64,000 bases of DNA from Octopus sinensis (taxonomy: Eukaryota): NCBI RefSeq assembly GCF_006345805.1, contig NC_042997.1, positions 39,184,001-39,248,000 of the forward strand. The letters run 5' to 3'. Shown here piece by piece: positions 47,758 through 60,709 of this stretch; the first letter of the stretch is position 1; the number at the start of each line of letters is the position of its first letter. The position numbers and the translations under genes are program-made. A model generated the notes under the pieces. The model did not search any database, was not told the origin of the DNA, and was given only the letters and a program-made list of their open reading frames with translations.

Positions 47758-48081
47758 CTTCATTTTTAACATTTCTGTTTTAGAGGATAAATGGTTTATG
47801 TACCACCTGTGATGATGCATCATGTGCTATTGTGTGTTCTTTATAGTTTATTGCTGTTTTCTGAGGAGAGATAGAGGGTTCAAATAAGCATAGCATAATC
47901 TTGAAGGATTTGGTGTATTATTTGTAGAAGCTTTTCTATTTCCATGGGCAAAATGTGGTACTTGTGAGTGCTCTATGTATTTATGTCAATTTGATTTTCA
48001 TTTCTCTGCTGTGGGGGTGCTGCATGAAACCCATAGCGCTTTAGTCTTCTGTATATGTGTGGGGTTGTTTAGATTGTTTAA

Positions 48082-48301
48082 CCCTTTCGTTACTGTATTT
48101 ATTTTGAGATGCTCTGTGTTTCTTTCAATTACTTTAAATATAACAGAGAATTTAGTAAAATAACTTCGTTATCATTCAGCTAGTGTTAGGAACATAAATT
48201 GTGACTAAGGTTTGGTGGGAGATTTTAGTTCAAAACTTTTGAAAACAAGACATTTGTACTCAGAGCCAGAGCCGGTTTCAGCCGGGTTGGTAACGAAAGG
48301 G
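48082..48301 (-). mobile_element. piggyBac-type MITE family M1
   Basis: Perfect 12-bp TIR CCCTTTCGTTAC / GTAACGAAAGGG; TTAA TSD at 48078 and 48302. Confidence 0.93.
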
Positions 48302-48309
48302 TTAATGTA

Positions 48310-50000
48310 ATGATTGGTTGCATATGGTGTTGTTTGGTGTTGCTGCTAAAGCAGGAGATATTTGATTTAGTACATGTTCTTTTGGAACTAGGAGTGTAGG
48401 GGACTGGTATAGGATTGGAGTAGTTATGCAGCTGTATCTGAAGACAGGTGGGAGGATAGGAGTGTGAGGCTGTGTATATGATTTGAAGAGGAATAGCATT
48501 TATGTTGGTATAGGTCGAAAAGGATGAGAACAGGGTGAATCCTTATGGTACTCTATTTGGGATGTTGCAGGTTGTGTTATTTTTGTACATTAAGCCACAA
48601 GTTTAGCCAGAATTAGGTACTGAGTTTGTGAGTATGGTTAGTTGAATGTAGTCAACTGTATTTGTTGTGATTTAGGTAGGGTATAGCATGTGAGTTAGAG
48701 GTACCAAAGCTGAGTCTTTCTAAAATTTCTGAATGTGTGCCCTGGAGGGTGTTGGGTCTGTATTCAGTACTTTGGTTTTGAGCAGACTTTAAAATTGAAA
48801 ACTCACCAACATAGACAAAATATATTCTACAAAATGCAAATGATTTTTTTTTTTTTTGATTGAATTAACTCCTCAAGGATATACCAATATATAAACAATA
48901 CTAAGCAAATTACTCTGCAAATTCTGCGAATTTAACAGCAATAGTACAAAAGGGTGTGAGTGAAGTGATTCCGTTCGGTTTTATTTTGTTAGATGCAAAG
49001 GCTTTGAGCTTTTTAAAATTTCCTGTTGTTCTGGGATGTGTAGTAAAAATGAAATGGGCAAAGTCATCTAAGTGGAAAGGGAATATTTTTTTTATTTCAT
49101 GTTCTTGTTTTTGTGTACTTGTTTCACCGTTTTTTGGGGTTTTTTTAGGGTTTTTTTTTTTTTTTGCAAGGAGGGTTAATTTTTGAGATGTGTATAAAGG
49201 GTATTTACTAAATGTTAGAATGAAGACGTGTTGAGGTTATAATTGTGGTGATGTGTGGTTTGGCCACTGTCTGATACTTATGCTAATTACACTATAGTTT
49301 TATTGTTTGTTTTGTAATGAAACAAACAAATGTTTTCCAGTTTTTCTGGGTGTTTTTTAAGGGTTATTTTCTTTATTTCTTTGTTAGTTGTTTGATACAG
49401 AATTTTATCTCTGTTGTCTGTGGTGTTTGCATATTGTGTTGAGGTTGTCCCGAATTTTAATCAGGTTGGCTATTTCTACAGTGTGGTCTCTTTTATATTT
49501 AGATATTTATTATTTATGTATTCCTTCCGAATTTTTTTATATTTTTTTAGTGTATAATATTTTGCTGAATATATGTACCACAGTGTCTATGTTGGTGAAT
49601 GAGAGGTTCAATTCTGTGAACTTTCATTGTTTCCCAAGTGAAACTGGTTCTACTGGGCTATTTTGATGTTTGTAATAGAGTTTTGTTCATTGATATGTGA
49701 GTATATTGAGATGATGATTGGTAAGTGGGCAGAGGGGAACCGGAGATTTCTGTTTTTTTTGTTTTTTTGTTACTATGTGGTTTTGGTGTGGTACAGTAAA
49801 TGATGTCTGAAGAGGCGTTATTGTGGTTAATGAAGTATGCGAGCTTGTTGAAGTGGTTTAGGTTTTTAGGAAGTAAAAAGATCTTAGTTGGGATATTGTG
49901 TTTCACCTCGTGTGTTATCTGAAAACCAAGATGGGTCGTGTACATTGGAATCTGTCCCGTGATGGCATTGTAGGATGTGAAACCAGATGAAATTGGTGAG
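48310..50000 (-). pseudogene. heavily decayed LINE ORF2 remnant (clade uncertain)
   Basis: 1.7 kb of strong G/T versus C/A skew. The minus frame near 48508-48557 reads NRVP*GFTLFSSFSTYT, resembling RT motif B (GVPQGS.LSP.LF..YT). Confidence 0.4.
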
Positions 50001-50056
50001 ATGTTGGTAAAAACACTTGTGTTTATTATATTAATATTATAATTATTATAATCACT

Positions 50057-50252
50057 TACGGTGGCGAGCTCGCAGAACCATTATCACGTTGGGCAAAATT
50101 CTTAGCAGCGGTTCATCAAATTCCCCCGAGGTCAGCTTTGCCTTTCATCCTTTCAGGGTCAATAAAATAAATACCAGTTGAGTACTGGGGTTGATTTAAT
50201 CGACCAAACACCTTCCCCAAAATTGCAGGCCTTGTGCCAAAATTTGAAATCT
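50057..50252 (+). mobile_element. SINE family C
   Basis: GGTGGCGAGCTCGCAGAA head, B/C body, AAATTGCAGGCCTTGTGCCAAAATTTGAA tail. Confidence 0.8.
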
Positions 50253-50524
50253 ATATTTATTTATTATCCTGAAGCTCATTTTTATTTCGACTGCTTGCAT
50301 TTCTAGTGTGTTGTAATATTACAGTCTGTTACTTTTTTTCCAGTATAATTTATGGTACATATGTCCTAAATGCATGAGTTATAATATTCTATGAGGCCTC
50401 CCCCACAGTAATAAGATTTGAAATGTATGTCGGGATTCTAAATATTTATCCTCAACTATCATGATGTACATGTTGTGTGTAATAACATCTTTAATTCTGT
50501 AAAGTTACTTATTATGCCTTTAAT

Positions 50525-50900
50525 ATTGTATTATAACTTTTACATATCTTTTACTGGTTTCACTCATTTGACTGCAGCCATGCGGAGATACCACCTTCAA
50601 TGGTTTTAGTCAAACAAATTGACTCCAGGACCCTTTCTTATTCTATCAGTCTCTTTTGCCAAACCGCTAAGTTACAGGGATGTAAACACACCAACACTGG
50701 TTGTCAAACAGTAGTGGGGGACAAACACAGACACACATAGATATATACATTGGATTCTTTCAGTTTCTGTCAACCAAATCCAATCACCAGGCATTGGTCA
50801 GCCCAAGGCTATAATAGAAGACACTTGCCCACAGTTCCACACAGTGGGAATGAACCCAGAACCATGTGGTTGGGAAGTAAGCTTCTTACCACACAGCCAC
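50525..50900 (-). mobile_element. SINE subfamily A'
   Basis: Diverged reverse-complement match. Confidence 0.75.
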
Positions 50901-51109
50901 TATGTTATGCATACAATGTTTAATGGGATTTTCTAAATCTATTCAGTTGCGGTATGTTTGCATTAATGTGTGTGATTTTAAGTTTGTTGTCATGGTTTCT
51001 ACAACACTATAACTTGCTTCATGAGCTTTGTCCAGAATAGTTAGTCTTGGTAAATTATTTAACTTGGCATGTTTGGTGAGTTACACTGAAAGAAATAGGG
51101 ATACTTTAA

Positions 51110-51329
51110 CCGTTTCATTACCAACCTGGCTGAAACTGGCTCTGGCTCTGAGTACAAATGTCTTGGTTTCCTAAGTTTTTAATTAAAATCTTCCACCAAA
51201 CTCTAGTCACAATTTATGTTCCTAACACTAGCTGAATGATGACTAAGTTATTTTACTAAATTCTTTGTTATATTTAAAGTAATTGAAAGAAACCCAGAGC
51301 ATCTCAACAGAAATACAGTAACAAAAGGG
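51110..51329 (+). mobile_element. piggyBac-type MITE family M1
   Basis: TTAA flanks; body matches the 42691, 48082 and 60494 copies. Confidence 0.88.
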
Positions 51330-52004
51330 TTAAAAAGACACTCATGAAAATATCTTTATAACTTACTTAAAACTATTGCCTAGTTTACCAATTTCTCACC
51401 ACAAGCAACACATAGGATGTAGCTGCACTTCTGATTAAATTAATTTGAAAGGCAATAGTTTTTGGTGTTTTTTCTATAATTGTATGCTATACTTTTGGAA
51501 CATGTGTTACTGGATTCATTGTCATCATCTGAACTGATTTTTGTCAGTTAGTAGTTTGTCCATGTGATCTATAAAAAATAATAATAATGGTTTCAAATTT
51601 TGGCACAGGGCCATCAGATTTTGAGGGGAGTGGAAAGTCAGTAAATGTAAACTCCAGGACTTTACTGGTACGTAATTTGTCAACTCTGAAAGGTTGAAAA
51701 CCAAAGTCTACCTCAGTGGAATTTGAACTCTGAATGTAAAGTTGGAAGAAATGCCACCAAGCATTTTGTCCAGTGTGCTAATGATTCTGTCTGCTCACTG
51801 CCTTAAAAAAACCCAAAAATTAATAAATTCAGAAATAGAACTAAAACAGACAAATAGGAGACTCACTATCACTTTGCACTGGAGTGATTGTCATTTTTAT
51901 TTTTAGTAACGATGATGATTTTTTTCTTAAAAAAAGATAAACAATAAAATTTATGTGTCTATAAATTAATCTGAATTAAGTATCCAGTTGATATAAAAAG
52001 TTTA

Positions 52005-52340
52005 TAAAGTTTGTAGCACTGGAAACCAGTTGTACACATTTTGGGTAACATTTTTGCAGCATTGTCATTATACCTGCATTATTTTATGAAGTTCTTGACA
52101 GAGCTACATGGAATTTCCTGTATGCAAATAGATCAGTTGGGTGGGATAGAACTATTTTTTATTCAATGTTGACATTGAGGTTTTGTTCACTGTCATTCTG
52201 AAAGCCATTCAGAACTGGAAACCGCATTTGCGTAAGAAAGATTAGCAGGGTAGTGTCAGAAAGTTTCAGCTTAAATTTTGGCCCACTGACATGTTCTTGA
52301 TAATGTTGACCTTCTGTAATAATGTCACTTTCAATCTCAA
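52005..52340 (-). pseudogene. possible decayed Tc1-like transposase C-terminal fragment
   Basis: Minus strand ..HYQEHVSGPKFKLKLS.., then segments resembling the PDLNPIE..W and 'CAKLV' regions of Tc1. Many disruptions. Confidence 0.4.
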
Positions 52341-52350
52341 AATTCTTATA

Positions 52351-52515
52351 GGTACAGGAGTGGCTGTGTGGTAAGTAGCTTGCTTACCAACCACATGGTT
52401 TCTGGTTCAGTCCCACTGCGTGGTATCTTGGGCAAGTGTCTTCTGCTATAGCCTCGGGCCGACCAATGCCTTGTGAGTGGATTTGGTAGACGGAAACTGA
52501 AAGAAGCCTGTCGTA

Positions 52516-52574
<59 letters not shown>

Positions 52575-52765
52575 CTGTGTTTGTCCCCCTAGCATTGTTT
52601 GACAACCGATGCTGATGTGTTTACGTCCCCGTCACCTAGCGGTTCCGCAAAAGAGACCGATAGAATAAGTACTGGGCTTACAAAGAATAAGTCCCGGGGT
52701 CGATTTGCTCAACTAAAGGCGGTGCTCCAGCATGGCCGCAGTCAAATGACTGAAACAAGTAAAAT
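52351..52765 (+). mobile_element. SINE family A
   Basis: Full-length copy. Confidence 0.9.
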
Positions 52766-54005
52766 AGTAAATAGTAAAAAATAGTAATTCCATTTCAAAA
52801 CCCAAATTTTGCAGTAGCATTTACAACATATCCCTCTTTCATTGTCATTTAATGTTCACTTTGCATGCTGGCATGGATTGGCCAGTTTTGGAAGGAGCTG
52901 GCAAGTCAGAAGACTCTACCAAGCTTTAAAGTCTATTTTGGTATAGTTTCTACAACTGGATACCCTTCCTAATGGCAACCACTTTACAGGGTGCATTGGA
53001 AGTTTTTCATGTAGCTATAACATGAGGTTACCAAGTAACTTACAAGTCAAGACCCTTCAATTGATTGGGGAGTAATATTAAGGGAGGTGGTCGTGTGCCA
53101 GGTAATGAGAGGTTAGAGCATAGCTTCCCAAAGTGAGCAATATCACCCACCAATGGGTGATTTTGACTTACAGGTGGGCAATGGGTGATTTGAGATCTTG
53201 GTGGGCGATATGAGCATTTTGTGGGTGACATCGGAGTAAATTGAATTCCTACCCCAATCTGTAGAAACAGCTGAAATTACTTTTGCTTGCCCTCCATTCT
53301 TCATACCTGGTTGAATCTGGTTTTAACCATGTTGGAACTTTATTTTCCCATAAAAGAATTGTACTGGATGTGACACAATGAGGAGACATAAAACAAAATA
53401 GAATATTTGGGCTTGGTATGGCTGGTTTAAACGCCAAAGGGTTAAGAGAATAAACACATCATAGAATTGTGAGGATTCTTTAGTCTTACAGAGTACAAAG
53501 CAGTTTCATTAGTACTGATGCCCTAATAAAATGCACACATTATGCTCTCTGTAAACTGGTTAGCAAACAAATGGAACTAGTAGCATGTTAAAAAGAACCT
53601 TGTAGTCTTGTTGAAGATATCTTGCTAATGCAATAATAGAATACACCTAGTCTTCACTGTTAAGTGGTTAGTGATTGGAAGAGCATGCAACCATAGAAAC
53701 CAAACCAAAAATAAAATGTTGACATGGGATATCTTCTGACCATAGATACCAGTAATTAAGTAAGAACTAACACATACTATCATGATCTGTTCACTCATGC
53801 TAGCATGAGAAATAGACATAAAATGATGTTCATATACATTCTCTCCTCCAGGCCTCCACAGTTTCCATTTCCCAAAGCTTACTTACAAGAATTTGGTCAA
53901 TACGAATCTATAGTTGAAGACATTTGCAACTATATTGTGAAGTAAACTCCTTAACCACATGACCATACCAGATTACCTTTTCTAAACTTCAATATCAAAT
54001 ATTAA

Positions 54006-54290
54006 TCATCATCGTTTAACATCCGCTTTCCATTCTAGCATGAGTTGGATGATTTGACTGAGGTCTAGCGAACCAGATGGCTGCACCAGACTCCGATCTG
54101 ATCTGGCAGAGTTTCTACAGCTGGGTGCCCTTCCTAACACCAACCACTCCGAGAGTGTAGTGGTTGCTTTTACGTGCCACCCGCACGAGGGCCAGTCAGG
54201 CGTTACTGGCAACGGCCACGCTCAAATAGTGCTTTTTTATGTGCTACCTGCACAGGTGCCAGTCCAGCGGCGCTGGCAACGACCTTGCTA
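54006..54290 (-). mobile_element. retroposon subfamily D'
   Basis: (TCA)n + reverse-complement D' body. Confidence 0.85.
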
Positions 54291-55379
54291 ATTTCAAATA
54301 TATTTCTACAAAGCATGTTAATTTTGGATTTTATTTTCATTTTCTTTTACCCATTTTGCATAATTGATTACAAGTTCTTTTGTTTTCTTTAACCTAATCC
54401 ATATTCTGTGAAATAATTGGTTTATTTTGTTAGGAATATATGCTAATGAGATTAATACTCAAATAGAAATTATTTTACAAAGCAAGTTTTTTTCTTGATT
54501 TTTGAATGTACTATGAAGCTGCAAAAATACCAGACTGTATTAATCTGTTTGTGACACTGGGATTGATGCCAAATGTTCAATACTAATTGATGCCAGCTGA
54601 TTTCTGCAGCAGCTGGCACTACCTTGAACTTATGAAACCTTGTTTACTAATAGCATTATTTATCTTATTAGAATCTTCTAATACGCTTATGCTATTTCTC
54701 GCTAATGTTATTCATTCTCTTGAAGCATGTCGTAAGAAATCTTTCACGATAAAATTCTTTATGAATTCACAACTTCGCATTTCTTTAAAAAAAAAACATT
54801 CCACTTACAATCAACCTTCTACTGCAACCATTCAACCACTAACCTTGTTTTAAAACTTAACTTTTTGAACCTATCCAGAAAATTCTGTAACCAAATTCTT
54901 AAATTCTTTTACTACTTTTACTCACCTTGTAACTCTTGTCTGTTTGTTGAATACATTTTCAATTTTTGTCTTTTGGTCTTTTTCTGGTTTCAGTCATTGG
55001 ACTGTAATCCTGCTTGGGCACTACTTTCAAGAATATAATCAATCATATTAACCCTAGCATTTTAGCAATCTCTGTTTGTCGATCAGCTATGCCAGGGGAC
55101 ATGAAAGAACACAAAATATCTATTCTTGATTTCATAAAATCTACCCATACTGCAATCCTTCCATCAAAAAATAATATTTTTTATACACTAGATTACAGTG
55201 AATTATTTTTCATGACATTTTAGCCCAAGTCTGGGGAGTAGAACTTTTGTCTCAGAACTTCACAAAAGTGACTTGGAGCTATTGTTTTTGAGTTCTTGAG
55301 TTGAGATATTCTTGTAATAATAGAACTGTTTTTTTCCTTCAACTAGCATTGAAATCAACTTTAAACGATATTGTGTGAA

Positions 55380-55756
55380 TAAATAATAATAATAATAAAA
55401 CATTGTGTACAGTGCTCAGGTGCACTACAACTCATCTAAAGTGTATATATAATCGGGTATAGTTTCGGCGGATTTCGGAAAGCATGAGGACCTTAAAGGA
55501 TGCAGTGTCATGGCAGTCAACAACTGACGCAGGCAGTTTGTTCCATGCTTCAGCAACTCTGAGCGTGAAAAAATGTTTCCGAAAGTCATGGGAGCTGTGT
55601 TGTTTTCTGACTTGGTAGGCATGTCCACGTGTGTTAGACACATGGAGATCAAAAAGGTGTTCAGTGTTGTTGTTGGTGAGGTGGTTGATAACTTTGTGTG
55701 TGTATACCAAGTCCGTCGCCAGACGCCGGAGCTTCAGTGAATCCATGCCCAGGGAA
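55380..55756 (-). mobile_element. 5'-truncated CR1-clade LINE 3' end
   Basis: SLKLRRLATDLVYTHKVI..TRGHAYQVRKQHSSHDFRKHFFTLRVAEAWNKLP is the canonical CR1 C-terminus; (TTA)n tail. Confidence 0.92.
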
Positions 55757-55836
55757 TCTTTTTCTATTGCTAAGTTTTAATTTCTGACTACTCTGTAGTT
55801 ATCCAAATTTAGATTTATGTGTATAAAATTTAATAG

Positions 55837-55897
55837 GATGCTGGTTATCAAACTAAAGAGTTGGTGGCTTACATTTCGTCTCCCGTTGGTCTGGTTT
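55837..55897 (+). CDS. candidate 61-nt exon (DAGYQTKELVAYISSPVGLV), host gene unknown
   Basis: TTTAATAG acceptor, perfect GTAAGT donor, raised GC, protein-like phase-0 frame. Confidence 0.4.
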
Positions 55898-56552
55898 GTA
55901 AGTAGATGTTATGTAGTGATAGATCACTACTATATCTAGCAGAAGCATTCTGTAATTGACTTGTGTTTGGTTATTAGCTTGCAGTGTTGCAAAATCTTCT
56001 CATGATCAAAACATGTTATAGACAGGAAATGCATTGGGAGCTTGGGGTGGGAGGGCTCTCTCAACAACTTTTTTTTTACCTTGAACTGTGTAGTCGGCAC
56101 ACCACAATATCTAGGATAATTAGTGGTGAATAAAAGGAAATGCAGAATAAAAATAAAAATTTTGAGAATTATTCTGTGGAAACTGGAGATGGATTTAACA
56201 CTCCTTCCATCTTCAAATTTTTTTCTTTTCCTCAAAAGTGTTTTTTTTACCAATCTCATAGAAGTAACTTATATAGTCTTTTTGTATATACAGGACATTG
56301 ACAGAAAGTAAACATCAGCTAATAAAGCAGTTTGCATTTCTAGATAAGTATTCTAATTTAGAGCAGGAATATTTTTTCATGGATTATTTTGTTCCTGACA
56401 AATAAAATTTTCTTATCAGATCCTCAATTACTATCACAAATTATTTAGTGATAAATTACATATAATCTAAAATTAAGCAACACTGTTAGCCCTCAACATA
56501 TACAGATATATGTTTCTCTGAGAAGACATGGTTAGAACCTTAATATTCCCTC

Positions 56553-56930
56553 ATCATCATCATCATCATCATTTAGCGTCCGCTTTCCATGCTAGCATGG
56601 GTTGGATGGTTCAACTGGGGTCTGTGTAGCCAGAAGGCTGCATCAGGCCCAGTCTGATCTGGCAGTGTTTCTACGGCTGGATGCCCTTCCTAACGCCAAC
56701 CACTCCGCGAGTGTAGTGGGTGCTTTTTACGTGCCACCTGCACAGGTGCCAGGTGGGGTCTGGCATCGGTCACGATCGGTTGGAGCTTTTAACGTGCCAG
56801 CGGCACGGAAGCCAGCCAACGTTCGGATGGTCTTTTTATGTGTCACCGGCACAGGAGCCAGTCGGGGCGGCGCTGGCATCGGCCACGTTCGGATGGTGCT
56901 TTTTGTGTGCCGTCAGGGCGGCGCTGGCAT
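56553..56930 (-). mobile_element. retroposon family D with a 40-bp target-site duplication
   Basis: TTTCTCTGAGAAGACATGGTTAGAACCTTAATATTCCCTC is identical at 56513-56552 and 56940-56979. Confidence 0.92.
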
Positions 56931-58268
56931 GTATATCTATTTCTCTGAGAAGACATGGTTAGAACCTTAATATTCCCTCCATTTTGTTAATTTGTTGTGT
57001 TTGTGTTTTTATTGAGAATGAAGAACTCGTATAATATCTTTTGGAAAGAAAATATAAATGCTGAGAACTTTTGCCTAAAGATGTTTGTACCATATCCTTT
57101 TCTTTGTAGCATGACCTTGATCTCTATGAATCTATTTTCTTCTTAAATTTTCAACTTAGATAAGTTTGCAATTATGCATCATCTTGATCATATAAATTTT
57201 TAACGAGAGCATGTTATTCTTGTATAATTATAGCAATTATATTTATTATTATAGTTTTATATACTGTCATCGTGAATTGAATTGGTAAAGTACTTAGTGT
57301 ATTCTAAAACAGCTTGACTTTTTTTTTTTTTACTCAGATCACAAATTTCCTGTTTGTTTTTTTTTTGTTTTTTTAATTCTCAGTTTGCAAAGCACATGCC
57401 CTTCAGAGTTGTTGTTGTTGTTATAAACAGTTTAGCTATGTAACATTTAATAAAATAACATTTATGTGAAAGTTTTGAGGGGGAGGAACATAGCTTTAAG
57501 AATATAATGATATAGGGAAATTACAAAAAAATTTCAAGAAAAAATTTGTAATTAAAATTTGAATAAGTTTTTATTTAAATTTTTTTTTATTATTTCTGAG
57601 ATAGATATTCATTTTGTAGGTTTCTTTAAACTTAAATATAATTAATTTTGGTTACATTTTGTTGGCTTCAGTGAGAAAGAATTTGTTAAACTAATACATT
57701 TTTCCTGAAATATATATAAAATGTTTAACAATATATCCTATTTTCTGTAATAAATCATCTGCTATTAAAGTTAGCTAAAGAAGAGTATCCGTTCAATAAA
57801 TGACTAAATCCCGTCAAATGAGTCTGCGGGTCTAATATTTGTGTAACAATAGCTGAGCTTTTGGTTCTCACAGTTAATGACTTGTTTATCAAGAGAGAAG
57901 CTGAGACTAAGAACATTGTCTGCGGTGGACAACATTGAGAGTGAGTCATGGAGCGGGGGAAACTTCACAAGAAGTAAAAGTAGTGTTGGCTGCCTCTTGC
58001 CCGCCTCTAGCTACGTTGGGTGGTTTGTGCAGCCAAATCATGAAACAGATTTCGTAGACAAAAACTGCAAACAATTCTGATGCCAAGCCAGACAGACAGA
58101 CATCAGTATCAACGTTTTAATTGCATGCTACTAGACCTTGGCAGTGAAAATGCAGGTGTGCGTTTTCATGTGCATACGCAGATTGTTTTTGACTTTTGTT
58201 TAAAGCTTATTTTATTGTTCTTTTCTTGGGGGTGTCTTCAACTCTCCCTCCCTCCATCCATCTCTCTC

Positions 58269-58299
<31 letters not shown>

Positions 58300-58348
58300 C
58301 CCTCTTACACGCGTATGTTTTTTCCAGTTTTCCCTTTTATCTTAAAGA

Positions 58349-58751
58349 CTAGCAGTATCGCCCGGCGTTGCTCGGGTTTGTAAGGGAAATAACTATATAA
58401 GCATTTTTAGAGAGTTATAGTCAAAAAATAGCAAAAAAATGCATTAAAAATGGGAAAAAAAATTATGGTAAATTTTTTTTTAAATCGTTGACACATCGTA
58501 GACATTTTTAGAGAGTTACTTCCCTTGTATAATAGCGAGAAAAATGCATTAAAATGGAAAAAAATGATGGTAATTTTTTTTTTAAATCGTAGACTCATCG
58601 TAGACGCGCGCTAATACCCAGAAGGGCTCGATATGAATCACGACTATAAGATACCCGGTTTTGGTTAAACTGCACCGCAAAATGTGGGAGTAGTTAGGAA
58701 TCTAAATCGTAGGAGACAGACAGCACACAACCTTACTTTTATATATAAAGA
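58349..58751 (-). mobile_element. non-autonomous Helitron
   Basis: Near-identical to 28755-29154; TC...CTAG, A|T insertion site. Confidence 0.88.
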
Positions 58752-59725
58752 TGTATAAACTATCTTCAGATCGACAAAAGTTGCTTGCATCCTTAATGCT
58801 ATGAATCTCTGTCTGTGTTGTACAGCAGTGACTTGATATTTCAATTTCATCAAAACAATTAATGCTATAAGGGGCAAAAATTAGGGTGCAGGGGTCTACC
58901 ATTTATAATGTTGATCAGAAAAAAAAAAGAAAAAAAAAGAAGAAAAAAACATTGAAATTATAGTTAAATATGAGTCAGACTAATCTGTGGACGAAACCTA
59001 ACGAACACAATATATCATTGTGTAATCAAATACAATCAAATAAGAATCTATTGTGTGTTCGTATTTGTTTGTATAATATTTTGCTTTATTTTTTGTTTTC
59101 TCTTTTTTTTTATGATTTAAATTTGGTAATGACATTCATCAGTAAATTCTGTCCATTGACTACACTTTTTCTCATATTCAGTATGTTATGACATGAGAGC
59201 TAATTTAGAGTAGTACTTACTGTTTGGGGGATGGTGAGGGCAGGAGGCAATATCGTTAAACTCATAATGTATGTGTAAAAGGTGGGGGGGTTTTCCCTCA
59301 AAATAATATTCCTCTTTGCGAACATTACACTAAGGAATATGAGAAAATGCATCTAATACTAGCAGGCCACACGTGCATCTCGGTTAAATCTTACCAGTTC
59401 GCAAGGATGCATGTGGGTGATGCTTATTTCTAATCTTTAGATTAGGTAATTAGGAGATAAATTTTGCCAAAGATAGAAAACTGATCTGACACAAATAGTT
59501 TTTCTTCTGGTATGACTTAATAATCTCAGCATTATGGAGCCAATGAAAGAGTCATGTCTTTAATGATGCTACTTGCAGCTGTGAATACAACTTCTACTTA
59601 GAGTTAAGTGAACTTAACAAAATTGAGCTCAGTTTTTTTCTCTTTGCCAAAGACAACTCAGCACCAGAGGCTGGATATGAATTATTATACTCAGCTGATT
59701 GTATTGCATCTTATTGACTCAAGCA

Positions 59726-59772
<47 letters not shown>

Positions 59773-59799
59773 CTTGGAAAAGGATGCATGGTGTTCGAT

Positions 59800-59990
59800 C
59801 ATCATCATCATCATCATTGTTTAGCGTCTGCTTTCCATGCTAGCATGGGTTGGACGGTTCAACTGGGGTCTGGGAAGCCAGAAGGCTGCACCAGGCCCAG
59901 TCTGATCTGGCAATGTTTCTACGGCTGGATGCCTTTCCTAACGCCAACCACTCCATGAGTGTAGTGGGTGCTTTTTACGTGCCACCGGCT
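59800..59990 (-). mobile_element. retroposon family D
   Basis: (TCA)n + core. Confidence 0.88.
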
Positions 59991-60222
59991 TCTCTATCTT
60001 GGAAGTAAATTTTCACTGCCTAATAATCTGGAAACTTTACTCCAAAAATATAGCTGCATTCTCCTTGATTCTTCCTACTGCTACTACAGTACCTTTGCTT
60101 TTCTGAAATACCTGGTTGTATCCCCCCCCCCCTAGACCTACTTGAAACAGTTCCCTTTCTCTTTTGATTCTCTATAACTAAGTACTTTGTCTAATCCTTG
60201 TTTCACTGAATTACATTTTTAA

Positions 60223-60444
60223 CTCTTTAACATATAAAATGGCTGTATCCAGCCCAAGTATTCTACCTGTTCCATATTCAAACCAACCAAATCTAGCTTC
60301 TCATACCAACTCTACAATGTCATTCTAAAAGTAAACAATCACATCGTTAAAATCTTTAGAATTATGAGATAATGCATAATTAATTCAAAACAATGTGGAT
60401 AAATAGGCATTTCATTTGACGAGAGTAATCTGAATGTTAAAGGG
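60223..60444 (+). mobile_element. piggyBac-type MITE family M2, free copy
   Basis: TTAA at 60219 and 60445; M2 body. Confidence 0.8.
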
Positions 60445-60493
60445 TTAAATCTCCCTTCCCATGGTATGGTGCCACCAATCCCTAACCTTTAAC

Positions 60494-60709
60494 CCTTTTG
60501 TTACCAACCCGGCTGAAACCGGCTCTGGCTCTTTAGTATAAATGTCTTGTTTTCATAAGTTTTGAATTCAAATCTTCCACGAAACCTTAGTCACAATTTA
60601 TGTTCCTAACACTAGCTCAATGATAACTAAGTTATTTTAGTAAATTCTTTGTTATATTTAAAATAATTCAAAGAAACACAGAGCATCTCAAAATAAATAC
60701 AGTAAAGGG
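60494..60709 (+). mobile_element. piggyBac-type MITE family M1
   Basis: TTAA at 60490 and 60710; CCC/GGG termini. Confidence 0.9.

Noticed and set aside
48310-50000. NUMT interpretation of the G/T-skewed tract
   Set aside because: I could not read any mitochondrial gene motif, and an RT-like remnant favours a LINE origin. A search is needed to settle it.
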